Source: Bacteroidota bacterium | GTDB lineage: Bacteria > Bacteroidota > Bacteroidia > Chitinophagales > Chitinophagaceae | Length of the DNA stretch: 64,000 nucleotides | Reading direction: 5' to 3' | Assembly (NCBI GenBank): GCA_023433265.1 | Contig: JAEZDR010000064.1 | Location: 65 to 64,064, forward strand | In this document: positions 46,726 through 56,700 of the stretch, piece after piece | Layout: the number at the start of each line of letters is the position of its first letter | Numbering within the stretch: the first letter of the stretch is position 1 | The notes under the pieces: model-generated | What the model was told of the DNA's origin: nothing | The model's input: the letters and a program-made list of their open reading frames with translations, nothing else | Databases searched by the model: none | Translations under genes and position numbers: made by a program

Positions 46726-48192
46726 TTATTTCTCGTACAATTCAAACATTTCCTTTAATACAGCCTTATCGTCAAAAGGATATTTTACACCTTTTATCTC
46801 CTGGTACTTTTCATGGCCTTTACCTGCTACAAGAATTATGTCGCCAGGCTTTGCCATATCAACCGCCATTTTTATTGCTTCTTTCCTATCTGAGATCACA
46901 ACAGATTTGCGGCGACCTGCACTGTTTAGACTATGGGTGATATCGTCCAGGATGGCTTGCGGATCTTCGGACCGCGGGTTGTCGCTGGTAAAGACTACTT
47001 TATCACTCTGCTCGCAAGCATATTCACCCATAACCGGCCTTTTAGTCTTGTCCCTGTCGCCCCCGCATCCAACAACCGTTATTACCCTTTCTTCGCCCTT
47101 TTTGAGTTTCCTGATTGTGGCTAAAACATTGTCAAGCGCGTCGGGAGTGTGAGCATAATCAACAATTCCAATAATTTGTTTTTTACTAATTATGTAGTCG
47201 AAGCGACCCTCTGCTCCTGTGGTATCGCTTAGCACACGTAAAACTTCTTCGGCGGGCTCGCCAAGGTTTACCGCAGTGGCATATACAGCAAGCAGGTTAT
47301 ATGCGTTAAACTCTCCTATCAAGCGAAAATGAACTTCCTTTTCATTGATTGACATGTATAGACCGGTCAATGAATTTTCCAGGATTTTACCTTTGAAATC
47401 GCAAGGGGTTTTGAGGCCGTAGCCGAACTTTCCTGCATGCGTATTTTGCAACATTACCGGGCCGCGCTTGTCGTCGTAATTTGTGATAGCAAAAGCGGTG
47501 GATGGCAGGTGATCGAAGAATGACTTCTTGACCCGGATATATTCGTCAAAGGTTTTATGGTAATCGAGGTGGTCGTGGGTAATATTGCTAAAGATGCCGC
47601 CGGCAAACGACAAACCTGTTACACGGTGTTGATGTATTGCATGGCTGCTAACCTCCATGAAAACAAATGCACAACCTTGTTGTAACATATCGGCTAGCAA
47701 TGCGTTGAGACTGACCGCATCGGGTGTGGTATGAGTAGCCGGGATCACGTTGTCGGCAACCTGGTTTTGTACTGTGCTTATGAGACCGCAGGTATAACCA
47801 AGGCGGCTAAATAATTTGAACAACAACGTTGCGATAGTTGTTTTACCGTTTGTACCTGTAACTCCAACCAACTTTAGGCGGGTGGAAGGGTTGTTATAAA
47901 AATTTGCGCTGGTGTACCCTGCTGCTTCCGAAGAATTTTTGACCTGTATATAGGTGACGTTTCCTGCCAATTCTGCGGGCATATCTTCAACAATAATTGC
48001 AACAGCACCCTGGGCGATAGCCTGGGCAACAAACTGATGCCCATCGACGGCGACCCCTTTTACGGCGATAAACAACGATCCGGGCATCAGCTTGCGGCTG
48101 TCGATTGCTATTGACTTTACATCAACGTCCAACGACCCTTGTACCTGCATCAGGCTAACTTTATATAATATATCGCGAAGTATAGCCATCAA
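46726..48192 (-). CDS. murE: UDP-N-acetylmuramoyl-L-alanyl-D-glutamate--2,6-diaminopimelate ligase
   Basis: It has the VGVTGTNGKTT P-loop and DNPR (TSDNPRSEDP), which is typical of MurE. Confidence 0.9.
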   Translation of the reverse strand: MMAILRDILYKVSLMQVQGSLDVDVKSIAIDSRKLMPGSLFIAVKGVAVDGHQFVAQAIAQGAVAIIVEDMPAELAGNVTYIQVKNSSEAAGYTSANFYNNPSTRLKLVGVTGTNGKTTIATLLFKLFSRLGYTCGLISTVQNQVADNVIPATHTTPDAVSLNALLADMLQQGCAFVFMEVSSHAIHQHRVTGLSFAGGIFSNITHDHLDYHKTFDEYIRVKKSFFDHLPSTAFAITNYDDKRGPVMLQNTHAGKFGYGLKTPCDFKGKILENSLTGLYMSINEKEVHFRLIGEFNAYNLLAVYATAVNLGEPAEEVLRVLSDTTGAEGRFDYIISKKQIIGIVDYAHTPDALDNVLATIRKLKKGEERVITVVGCGGDRDKTKRPVMGEYACEQSDKVVFTSDNPRSEDPQAILDDITHSLNSAGRRKSVVISDRKEAIKMAVDMAKPGDIILVAGKGHEKYQEIKGVKYPFDDKAVLKEMFELYEK

Positions 48193-50336
48193 TTAAGTTG
48201 AATATCGATTAGTTGCCCTTTAATAATTCTTGAACCCTCCCTCACCGACTGTGTCCTGACCTTTCCTTTGCCCGTTGCATTTACAGCAAGGCCCATGCTC
48301 TCACACAATGTTACAGCGTCTTTTAAACCCAGCCCTATAAGCGAAGGCATGCCATCCGGATTTACCTGAATACCTTTTAAAGCCACAAGCCTTCCTGTTT
48401 TGGCTGCAGCCACCAAAGGCTCGGTGCCTTTGCTATTATCATTATAATTCAATTGGAGTTTCGCAAAAACCTCTTCAACATCTTTGGGATTTCCGACATA
48501 GCGAAACCAGGAACTATCTGCAACTTGTGCAGGTTGCGAACCAGGGGTATTGCCCTCGCGAACATGCATTGTGTACAGCCTGTCTGCAATTTCCTTGAAA
48601 ACAGGTCCAGCAACAGAAGCACCATAGTACCTTGCAGCGTGAGGCTTATTCTTTATTATTACTACAATTGTGTATTGAGGATTATCAGACGGAAAATAGC
48701 CTGCAAAGGATGATTGGTAGATATGGTCTGCGTATCCACGGCTTCCATTTGCTACAAGCGCAGTACCGGTTTTACCTGCAACTTTATAGGGAGAGTTTTT
48801 AAACAGTGAATAGCCAGTACCTCCTTCTACCGTACAGACACCTTCGAGACAATCCTGCAACTGCCTAACCGTTTGCTGGCTGCAAATCCTGGAGCCAATG
48901 GCAACCGGCTTTTTTTGCTCGTAGATGAGACCATCCTGTTGAATAGATTCAACCAGATAAGGCTTCATCATAATACCGTTGTTAGCAATAGCATTATAAA
49001 GCATTGCTGTATGAACCGGCGTGATGGCAATGTTATAACCAAAGGCCATCCAGGGTAAGGTTGTATTACTCCAGTACTTTCCACCCGGCCGATAGATTAC
49101 CGGTGTTCTTTCACCGCGCAAGTCAAGGCCCGTTGTTTTATCCATACCCAGCCGCCTGAGATGAGTGATAAACTGCGAAGGCTTTTGGTTGTAATATGTA
49201 TGTGCCAACTTGGCCATAGCTACATTAGAGCTGGCTTCGAATGATTGCTTTACAGTAACTTGTTGAAGCCCATGTTTCTCGCTGTCATATACTGTTCTTC
49301 CTGCTACCTTCCATACTCCACCTTCGAGGTTTACCTGGGTATTCAGTGAAACTTTTTTGTCTTCGAGTACAGCAAGTAAGGTTGCCAGTTTGAAAGTTGA
49401 CCCCGGCTCTGTTGGAGATAGGGCATAATTGAAATTCTCCCAGTATGCAGAATCCTTCACACGTCCAAGGTTAGCGATGGCTTTAATCTTGCCGGTTTTC
49501 ACCTCCATCACAATTGCGCAGCCGTGATCTGCATCATTACTCTTCAGCATCTTCAGGAGTGCATTCTGTGTTATTTCCTGAATGTGTATATCCAAAGTTG
49601 TTACAACATCTTTTCCATCCTGTGGCTCGATTTGCAGATCATTATTTTCAACAGGAACACTCACGCCGCCTGCGATGTAGCGAACGAGGCGTCGTCCTTT
49701 TGTGCCACGCAAAACGCTATCGTAGGTAAGTTCGAGCCCCACTTTGAAAGAATCCCTATCCAATCCTATGGTTCTAAAAGCCATCATTTGATATGGATTG
49801 AGCCTGATGTGTTTGACCTGAGCGATAAATCCGCTTTTGTTACGCCCTAACTTTACAAGAGGTAATTGGCGCAGTTGCTGGTATTTTCTGAAATCAATCT
49901 TTCTTTTTAAAAGAAAATACCTGTTCTTCTTCCGGTAGTTAGTAGTGAGTATTTTTTTATATTCTGCGGCAGGCTTGTCTTTAAAAAGTTGTGATAACCC
50001 TATTGAAAGCGAGTCAAGGTTTTCGCGAAACAGTTTACCACTGTTGTTACGCAAGGCATCAGCTGCAAAATCGATATAGATATCGAATTGAGGAAGGCTG
50101 GTACTTAACATCTCCATATTGGCGCTGTAAATCGTACCCCGGTCGGCATCAATTGATTCAATCTTTTGGTGGAGACTATCGCTCATGCTTCGATACTGCT
50201 TACCTTGTACTTGCTGTATGTAAACAGCCTTACCAAATATTACAAGGCATACAATGCCCACAGCTATGTAGCTGAGATATACCCGCCAAAGTATGTCTCG
50301 TTTTACTTCCACTGTGGTATGTTTACCGGCTTTCAA
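48189..50336 (-). CDS. ftsI: Penicillin-binding protein 3 / FtsI transpeptidase with a C-terminal PASTA-like domain
   Basis: It has an N-terminal TM anchor and the motifs STFK (PGSTFKLA), SSN (EASSNVA) and KTGT (AGKTGTA). The last 70 aa or so (GLGLKDAVTLCESMGLAVNATGKGKVRTQS...) look PASTA-like. Confidence 0.9.
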   Translation of the reverse strand: MKAGKHTTVEVKRDILWRVYLSYIAVGIVCLVIFGKAVYIQQVQGKQYRSMSDSLHQKIESIDADRGTIYSANMEMLSTSLPQFDIYIDFAADALRNNSGKLFRENLDSLSIGLSQLFKDKPAAEYKKILTTNYRKKNRYFLLKRKIDFRKYQQLRQLPLVKLGRNKSGFIAQVKHIRLNPYQMMAFRTIGLDRDSFKVGLELTYDSVLRGTKGRRLVRYIAGGVSVPVENNDLQIEPQDGKDVVTTLDIHIQEITQNALLKMLKSNDADHGCAIVMEVKTGKIKAIANLGRVKDSAYWENFNYALSPTEPGSTFKLATLLAVLEDKKVSLNTQVNLEGGVWKVAGRTVYDSEKHGLQQVTVKQSFEASSNVAMAKLAHTYYNQKPSQFITHLRRLGMDKTTGLDLRGERTPVIYRPGGKYWSNTTLPWMAFGYNIAITPVHTAMLYNAIANNGIMMKPYLVESIQQDGLIYEQKKPVAIGSRICSQQTVRQLQDCLEGVCTVEGGTGYSLFKNSPYKVAGKTGTALVANGSRGYADHIYQSSFAGYFPSDNPQYTIVVIIKNKPHAARYYGASVAGPVFKEIADRLYTMHVREGNTPGSQPAQVADSSWFRYVGNPKDVEEVFAKLQLNYNDNSKGTEPLVAAAKTGRLVALKGIQVNPDGMPSLIGLGLKDAVTLCESMGLAVNATGKGKVRTQSVREGSRIIKGQLIDIQLN

Positions 50337-50350
50337 AAGGATATTGAATT

Positions 50351-50689
50351 TTAATGGTTGCTGGCCTTGTTTGGTTTTTCTACAATATTCTTAATGCGGG
50401 CAGGAGGCGTAGTACTTATTTTCAAGCCCAATGGGCCTGCAGATTTTACTATCGCTTCTTCCCGTGTTTGGTACATGAGTTCGCTTTTTACAGTCTTGTA
50501 TTCAAACTGCAGTTCTTTTATTTCCTTTGAAGTTTTGTTGATTTCCCTGATGGTTTTATCGGCAGTGTGCCCATTAGCGATATAAACCACCGCCAATACG
50601 GCAAGGAAGAGGAAGAATCCGATATTATCCACTATCCAGTGGTAGTTGAAAATCCTTCTTTGTTTGCTATGTTCTTCTTTCTGCGCCAT
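50351..50689 (-). CDS. ftsL: FtsL-like cell division protein
   Basis: It is a 112-aa bitopic protein (TM helix FFLFLAVLAVVYI followed by a coiled coil). It sits in the conserved position between rsmH and ftsI. Confidence 0.7.
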   Translation of the reverse strand: MAQKEEHSKQRRIFNYHWIVDNIGFFLFLAVLAVVYIANGHTADKTIREINKTSKEIKELQFEYKTVKSELMYQTREEAIVKSAGPLGLKISTTPPARIKNIVEKPNKASNH

Positions 50690-50701
50690 TGACAGTTGCT
50701 G

Positions 50702-51607
50702 CTATAATTTTTCTGCTATTCTAAGTTTTGCACTTCTCGATCTTGGGTTTCGTTGCAGTTCCTCCTGGGTTGCAGTAACAGGCTTCTTCGTTACCACCTT
50801 CAACTGCTTTTCTACATGGATGGTGTATAACGGATGTTCCTGCGGTGGTTCCAAACTTCCATACCTGAAGAAGTCTTTGACAATCCTGTCTTCCACAGAA
50901 TGAAAGGTGATGATCGCTATTCTTCCACCCGGGTTAAGTACAGGGGGCAGTTGCCCAAGCAATTCGCGAAGCGCACCCATTTCATCATTCACCTCTATCC
51001 TCAATGCCTGGAACACCTGGGCCAGGTATTTTGCCGGGTTTCCTTTCACAACAGGTGAAAGCAGGTTTTTAAAACCTTCGATTGACTGAAAGGATGCCTG
51101 GTTACGATGCTGCGCAATGTGTTTAGCAAGCGTTTTGGAGTTAGTAACTTCTCCATATTGCTCAAACATTTTATGCAGTTGGCCTTCCGTGAGTCTCATC
51201 AATACTTCCGCTGCAGTTTGCTCGAGCCGCTGATCCATCCGCATGTCCAATGGACCATCGAAACGGGTGGAAAATCCACGCTCGCCTGTATCAAACTGGT
51301 GACTGCTAACACCAAGGTCTGCGAGGATGCCATCAACCGACACGACATTGTGCAAACGCAGGAAACGTTGGAGGTAACGGAAGTTCTGTGGTATAAACAA
51401 CAGCCGCTCATCGGGAGGAAGATTTGACTCAGCATCAGCATCCTGGTCAAAGGCAATCAACTTTCCTTTTGGAGACAGCTTATTCAGAATACCCCTACTA
51501 TGGCCTCCGCCGCCGAATGTGCAGTCCACATAAACGCCATCAGGCTTGATATTGAGCGCTTCGATGCTTTCATGGAAGAGGACAGGTATGTGATAAGTTT
51601 CTGACAT
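50702..51607 (-). CDS. rsmH: 16S rRNA (cytosine1402-N4)-methyltransferase
   Basis: The pattern is HIPVLFHESIEAL...VDCTFGGGGHSRGIL...DLGVSSHQ. Confidence 0.93.
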   Translation of the reverse strand: MSETYHIPVLFHESIEALNIKPDGVYVDCTFGGGGHSRGILNKLSPKGKLIAFDQDADAESNLPPDERLLFIPQNFRYLQRFLRLHNVVSVDGILADLGVSSHQFDTGERGFSTRFDGPLDMRMDQRLEQTAAEVLMRLTEGQLHKMFEQYGEVTNSKTLAKHIAQHRNQASFQSIEGFKNLLSPVVKGNPAKYLAQVFQALRIEVNDEMGALRELLGQLPPVLNPGGRIAIITFHSVEDRIVKDFFRYGSLEPPQEHPLYTIHVEKQLKVVTKKPVTATQEELQRNPRSRSAKLRIAEKL

Positions 51608-51643
51608 GAATTAGTAAGCGGTGGTTAGCAACTTATTCATGTA

Positions 51644-52096
51644 TTACAGAGGTTTATCACCCATTACCTGCGCAGCAAGTGCACTGAAGTAATCAGGAGA
51701 AACAGATTCAAAGAGCTGTTTGTACTTTATTGCATCCCATATTTCCAGCTTATCCACCGCTGCAGCAAGGACAATGTCTTTTGAAAGGCTTGCATGGTCT
51801 TTCAAGGTTGCGGGCACTAATAGCCTGCCTGCAGAGTCCATTTCCACTTCTGTAGCCCCGGCAAGAAACTGACGGCGGAATTCGCGAACTTTGGGATCAA
51901 AATCATTCAACTGGCTAATCCTGGTGTAAATGGGTATCCAACTAGACATAGGGAATAAGCTGAGGCATTTTTCCAGACCCCGGTTTATTACGAAACGGTT
52001 CTCACCTTCCGGTAACTGCTTTTTAAAGCCTGCCGGTAAGAGGAAACGCCCTTTCGCGTCTATTGTTGATTCATATTCACCGAGAAAACCAATCAT
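51644..52096 (-). CDS. mraZ: Transcriptional regulator MraZ
   Basis: The protein begins MIGFLGEYESTIDAKGRFLLPAGFKKQL and has a second SpoVT/AbrB-like half (DSAGRLLVPATLK). It is the first gene of the dcw cluster. Confidence 0.93.
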   Translation of the reverse strand: MIGFLGEYESTIDAKGRFLLPAGFKKQLPEGENRFVINRGLEKCLSLFPMSSWIPIYTRISQLNDFDPKVREFRRQFLAGATEVEMDSAGRLLVPATLKDHASLSKDIVLAAAVDKLEIWDAIKYKQLFESVSPDYFSALAAQVMGDKPL

Positions 52097-52118
52097 TTAA
52101 AGCAATAACTTACATTTA

Positions 52119-52145
52119 CCCCCACAAAATAACACTTTTTACCAC
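52119..52145 (-). promoter_or_regulatory. Candidate MraZ operator: three GTG(G/T) direct repeats at exact 10-bp spacing
   Basis: The minus strand reads GTGGTAAAAAGTGTTATTTTGTGGGGG. The cores are at 52145-52142, 52135-52132 and 52125-52122. The site lies 23-49 nt upstream of the mraZ ATG and just downstream of a -7-like box, cATTTTTG (52162-52155). Confidence 0.5.
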
Positions 52146-52474
52146 ATTGCTTTTCAAAAATGGAAATTTGTATTTATCCACCTAAGCACAATCGGGCTTA
52201 AGTGAATGTAAATCAATGTACTATCATCTATAGACGTACAGTAAAACACCAGACCCTGTGAATAGCATGTGGATAAGCGGTGGGCTAACTCGCTAGTGCA
52301 ATGATTATCAGCTTGTTTTCTTGGTTAATTAAGAAATATTTGAAGACATAGATCGCCTCGGCGATAGCCGGTATTTGTAATTATCGGCTTAACAAAAGAG
52401 TGGGTTTGGTGCGTTTGTGATTAAAAGTGGGAAGCGAAAATCGGTTTCTTTGCAGCCGCCCTACCAAGTTTCAT

Positions 52475-53686
52475 ATGATACCGCAGCTTAGAATAGAAGA
52501 TTTTGATTACGGACTTCCGCCCGAAAGGATTGCGCAAACGCCTTTGCAAAAGAGGGATCATAGCAAATTGCTGGTGTACCGGCAGGGAGAGATTCGCGAA
52601 ACTTTGTTTGAAGCGATAACAGCCGAAATTCCCGCAGACAGCTTCCTCGTTTTTAATGAAACGAAGGTGGTTGAAGCGAGGATCCGCTTTAAAAAGCCAA
52701 CAGGCGGCATGATAGAAGTGTTTTGCCTTGAACCTGCGGGTGAATATGGTGACATTAGTATTGCCATGCAGCAAAAGGGTAACATTCGATATAAATGCCT
52801 CATTGGCGGAGCCAGCAAATGGAAGCATGGCATGGAGTTAGAAAAAACGAATGGTGACCTCAGGCTAACCGCAGCTATCGCAGAAAGAACAGAAGACAGT
52901 TTTATCCTCGAGCTTTCCTGGAATAACGCCGATACCACATTTGCTGAAATGCTTCACCTGATGGGGGAGATACCCTTGCCGCCTTATATGAACAGGCAAC
53001 CGGAAGAAGCTGATAAAGCAAGATACCAAACAGTTTATGCCAAAACAGATGGCTCCGTGGCTGCACCCACTGCGGGATTGCATTTTACAGATGTTGTGCT
53101 CAACAGTTTTGAAAAAAAAGGTATCACTAAAGGATATGTTACGCTACATGTAGGTGCCGGAACTTTCATGCCCGTGAAAGCAAATGATATACGTGCGCAT
53201 GTTATGCACAGTGAATACATAGAAATAACAGACACATTCATTGCTGCCGTATTGGAGAACCTGGACAAGAAAATTATAACAGTAGGGACTACATCATTGC
53301 GCACTGTTGAGAGCCTGTATTGGCTGGGGTTAAAGGTGCTTGCGCAGCCTGCAATTTCTCCGACTGATTTACATGTATCGCAGTGGGATCCGTATGAATT
53401 AGAAAAAGGAGGGAGTGCAAAACAGTCGCTCTGTGCTTTGTTGCATTGGATGCAGGAAAGGAATATGGGCAAATTGGTTACCACAACCCAGGTGATCATA
53501 GCACCGGGTTACTGTTTTGCCCTTGCAGATGGATTGATCACCAATTTTCATCAGCCTCGTTCTACATTGCTTTTACTTGTTGCCGCACTCATTGGCGATG
53601 ACTGGAAACAAGTGTACAGCTATGCCTTGCAAAACAGTTTCAGGTTCTTAAGTTACGGCGACAGCAGTTTATTGTGGCGGTCGTAA
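52475..53686 (+). CDS. queA: S-adenosylmethionine:tRNA ribosyltransferase-isomerase
   Basis: The motifs are LRIEDFDYGLPPERIAQTPL, GSVAAPTAGLHFT and LITNFHQPRSTLLLLV. The start is at the ATG at 52475, inside ORF 52427..53686. Confidence 0.9.
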   Translation: MIPQLRIEDFDYGLPPERIAQTPLQKRDHSKLLVYRQGEIRETLFEAITAEIPADSFLVFNETKVVEARIRFKKPTGGMIEVFCLEPAGEYGDISIAMQQKGNIRYKCLIGGASKWKHGMELEKTNGDLRLTAAIAERTEDSFILELSWNNADTTFAEMLHLMGEIPLPPYMNRQPEEADKARYQTVYAKTDGSVAAPTAGLHFTDVVLNSFEKKGITKGYVTLHVGAGTFMPVKANDIRAHVMHSEYIEITDTFIAAVLENLDKKIITVGTTSLRTVESLYWLGLKVLAQPAISPTDLHVSQWDPYELEKGGSAKQSLCALLHWMQERNMGKLVTTTQVIIAPGYCFALADGLITNFHQPRSTLLLLVAALIGDDWKQVYSYALQNSFRFLSYGDSSLLWRS

Positions 53687-53710
53687 GCGTACACCAAGGC
53701 AATATTTCCA

Positions 53711-56700
53711 CTAAAGTATCGCGCGGATAGAAGCACGGCCTATGTGGATCGTATTTGCCTGTGAAGGCTTTCTGCCCTCGTATTGAAAGTTAAGTTCCAG
53801 GTTGTTTAGAAGACGTTTTGTAAAATCGATATTCCAGAGAGTGTTTGAACCGGGCAACAAACCTTCGAGTAAAATATAAGACACGGTTGTATTTGTATTG
53901 CCCGAATAATTGATACGGTGGTAAGAGAATTTAGCATTCAGGTTCATGCTTTGCAGGATGTTATATTTTCCTTCCAGGTTGAAGATATGGTTGATTGATT
54001 TTTCACCTCCATAAATACCAGCGTTTTTCTTGTGAATAAGCTGGTAGGAAGTGAGCAAACGGATTTTGGTTTGCCAGGTGTAGCTAAGACGCGGTTCTGT
54101 TTGAACTGAAGTAATCTGGTAGTTACGATTGGCGAAAGCAGGTGTATAGAGATTGTTGGTTGTAAACTTTTGCACTAGTTCGACAGTGTAGGCCGAAAAG
54201 AAATTCAACCTTGCCCGAAGTATCCAATCGTTTAGTTCACGTGTTTCAAGTCCATACGTAAGCAATGCCTTTGCATAATTTCTAACATTGGTAAAATCGA
54301 TACCCCACTTACTGCTAAACCTGTTGAACGAAAGCGTATTACTGAAGGTAGAATTTAATTGCACAAGTGAAGTATCCTGCAGTTCGCTTTTGAAAGGATT
54401 GAATGATGCTGCGCCGGTTGAGATTTCCTTTTTGCCGGTTTGCAATGAAGACTGAAGGAGGAAGCGAGTGATAAATTCAGCAGCGTTTGTTATTTGTTTG
54501 AAAGCTGCACGCGGGTTAAGCGTTATGTTGTAATTGAACTGCGTGTAATTCGCTTTTACAAACTGGTTGGTTGGCGTAAATATCCGGATGAATTTAGCCT
54601 GGTCGGAAAATAAGGCTATTTCAAATTCATTAAGTTGAGGAATACCGTCATTGTTGTAATCATTCCAGGCATATTCGCCTCTTCCGGCGGGTACTTCAAA
54701 ATACGAGAAATCACGGCGTGGCTCCTGCCCTGCTCCCAGTTCGTACAAGACGGAACCATGTACTAAACCCTTCCATTCATTAATGAGATATTCAACCCTT
54801 CCGAGAACACTGTTATCACGCTTTTGCCTTGAAAGTGTGTTATTAAACACAAATAATTCCCGATAGGTTGCATTGAAGCGAAACTGGTGCCTTGGGTTTG
54901 CAAAAATCTCAGCCTGAAGGTTATAGTTATTACTCTTGTCCCCTACTACAAGATCGCGGGCTAAGGGATATTTATCCTGCCTTGTGAAATAAGTAAATGC
55001 CCATTTATTAAGCTTGCTCACATCTGAACGAACAAAGGCGGAAATAGTTTGGAACGAAAAACTGGCGGGCGTTATCGTATCGCTTGACCGATGCCGTATT
55101 TCTTGGTGTTCAAGTGCATAGGAAGTTCCAACCGTATGATTCTTTAGCTGCGGGAATTGCCTGCTGAGTTGTAGCGCCGGGCGAAGAAAATAGCCCTTAT
55201 CCGCTGGGGTATTGATGAAGGTAAGATTGAGTAAATTGTCTGTAGTAAACTGGCCAAACATCTGCTTGTGTGCAACTGTGTGGCGGTAACCATTGTACTC
55301 GTCGCTACGCAGGTAAGCTGTAAAGTCGTATTGAAGTTTGTTGTTCTTCTCATCTGTTATTGCAATGCCTGCTGAAGGAAGATGTTCGGTAGCTGGTGCA
55401 GGTACAAAGTTTAAACCCCAGTCTCTTCCAAATTCTACAGAACGGAGACGCTCTACGGGTTTAAAGTTTTTGTCAATCCACTCGTAAGCAGTGAACCAGG
55501 AAAGATTATACTGTTTGGCAGAAGCCCTCAGTTGCCTGTTTTGTAACAAGTGAAAGCGGCCTGCAAATCCTACATCATCGCTTTTATTCTTTGAACTAAA
55601 TCGATTAACATTATAATTACTGAGGCCAAGGTCTGTTCTAATTATCGTATTGTTATCAATAGCATATTCCGTAGCTATGCTATAAACCTGGTGCTGCTTA
55701 GGGGTAACCAGAAAAACAGCGGGTTCAAAACTACCCTGTGGCACTCCATTTACGGGAGCTACATATTGGTATACCTTGCCATTAGCGCCATTGAAAAAAG
55801 GGATGTAATTACCACGATTGTCACCTACAAAAAGAAAGTTTAGACTATAGCGCGCACTGTCCGGGTGAGTAGAGTAAACGAAGATTGAATCGCCGGTTGG
55901 TAGTTCTATACGTTTATAAAGTATTTTGCCAGCAGAAAAGGTATCAAGCGCAAACGATGGATAAAAAGCATTTGCAATACTGTCGCCTATGTTAGACAAA
56001 AATTGCTTTTGCTGGTCGTTAAGCGATTGGTTGATAGGCGAATTCTTAGCATCTGTATTGGCATAGGCCCCCACCCGTACGGTTAATTTGTTACCCAGCT
56101 TTGTGGCATGGTTGGCATAGAGCATGGAGTTAAGGTAATTTCTGTCAGCATTTTCAAACTCCACTTGTATCCGCCTATCTTTTGTTATCATGCGGCGAGG
56201 TGTAAAGATGATTTCTGCCGTGTTGTAGTTGATAACGTAGTCCTGGTCTTCGCCGCGTTGCAGCATCTCGCCATCAAGAAAAACTCTTTCAGTTCCTGCC
56301 AAAACAATAAAAAAGAATTCGTTGTTGGCTCCCTGTAAGCGGTAAGGTCCCTGGTTGCCTTCCTGGCCCATAAAAATGTATCGGGTGAATTTACCCTTTG
56401 CGATGGCTCCGCTCACCAGGGATTCGTTCTTTACCCTGGTGCCGGCGTTCCATTTTTGCATATAGGACAAACCTTGTAGCCGCTTGTAGAAGTTTAGGAA
56501 ATAGAGATTATTCTGTCGTAGATCGATATCGCCAAGGTTAAGCTCCCAATTTGTTTTCCTAAACTGCAACAAGATCCGGTCAAACTCATTAAGCTGTTGC
56601 GTAGTACCATCCGGTTGAATGGGAATGTTATTATCGGTGATTGCTGCAGCCACTTCGATACTATCGCCGATGTATCCGTTCAATTGCAGGTTGAGCTGGG

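Noticed and set aside
35829-52096. Absence of murF, ddl and murB from the dcw cluster as a sign of gene loss or rearrangement
   Set aside because: To my knowledge this gene order without murF is the normal Bacteroidota arrangement. All junctions are tight, with no scars.
52421-53499. Minus-strand ORFs overlapping queA (52421..52828, 52558..52938, 53035..53499)
   Set aside because: The queA frame carries diagnostic motifs throughout, so these are antisense shadows.
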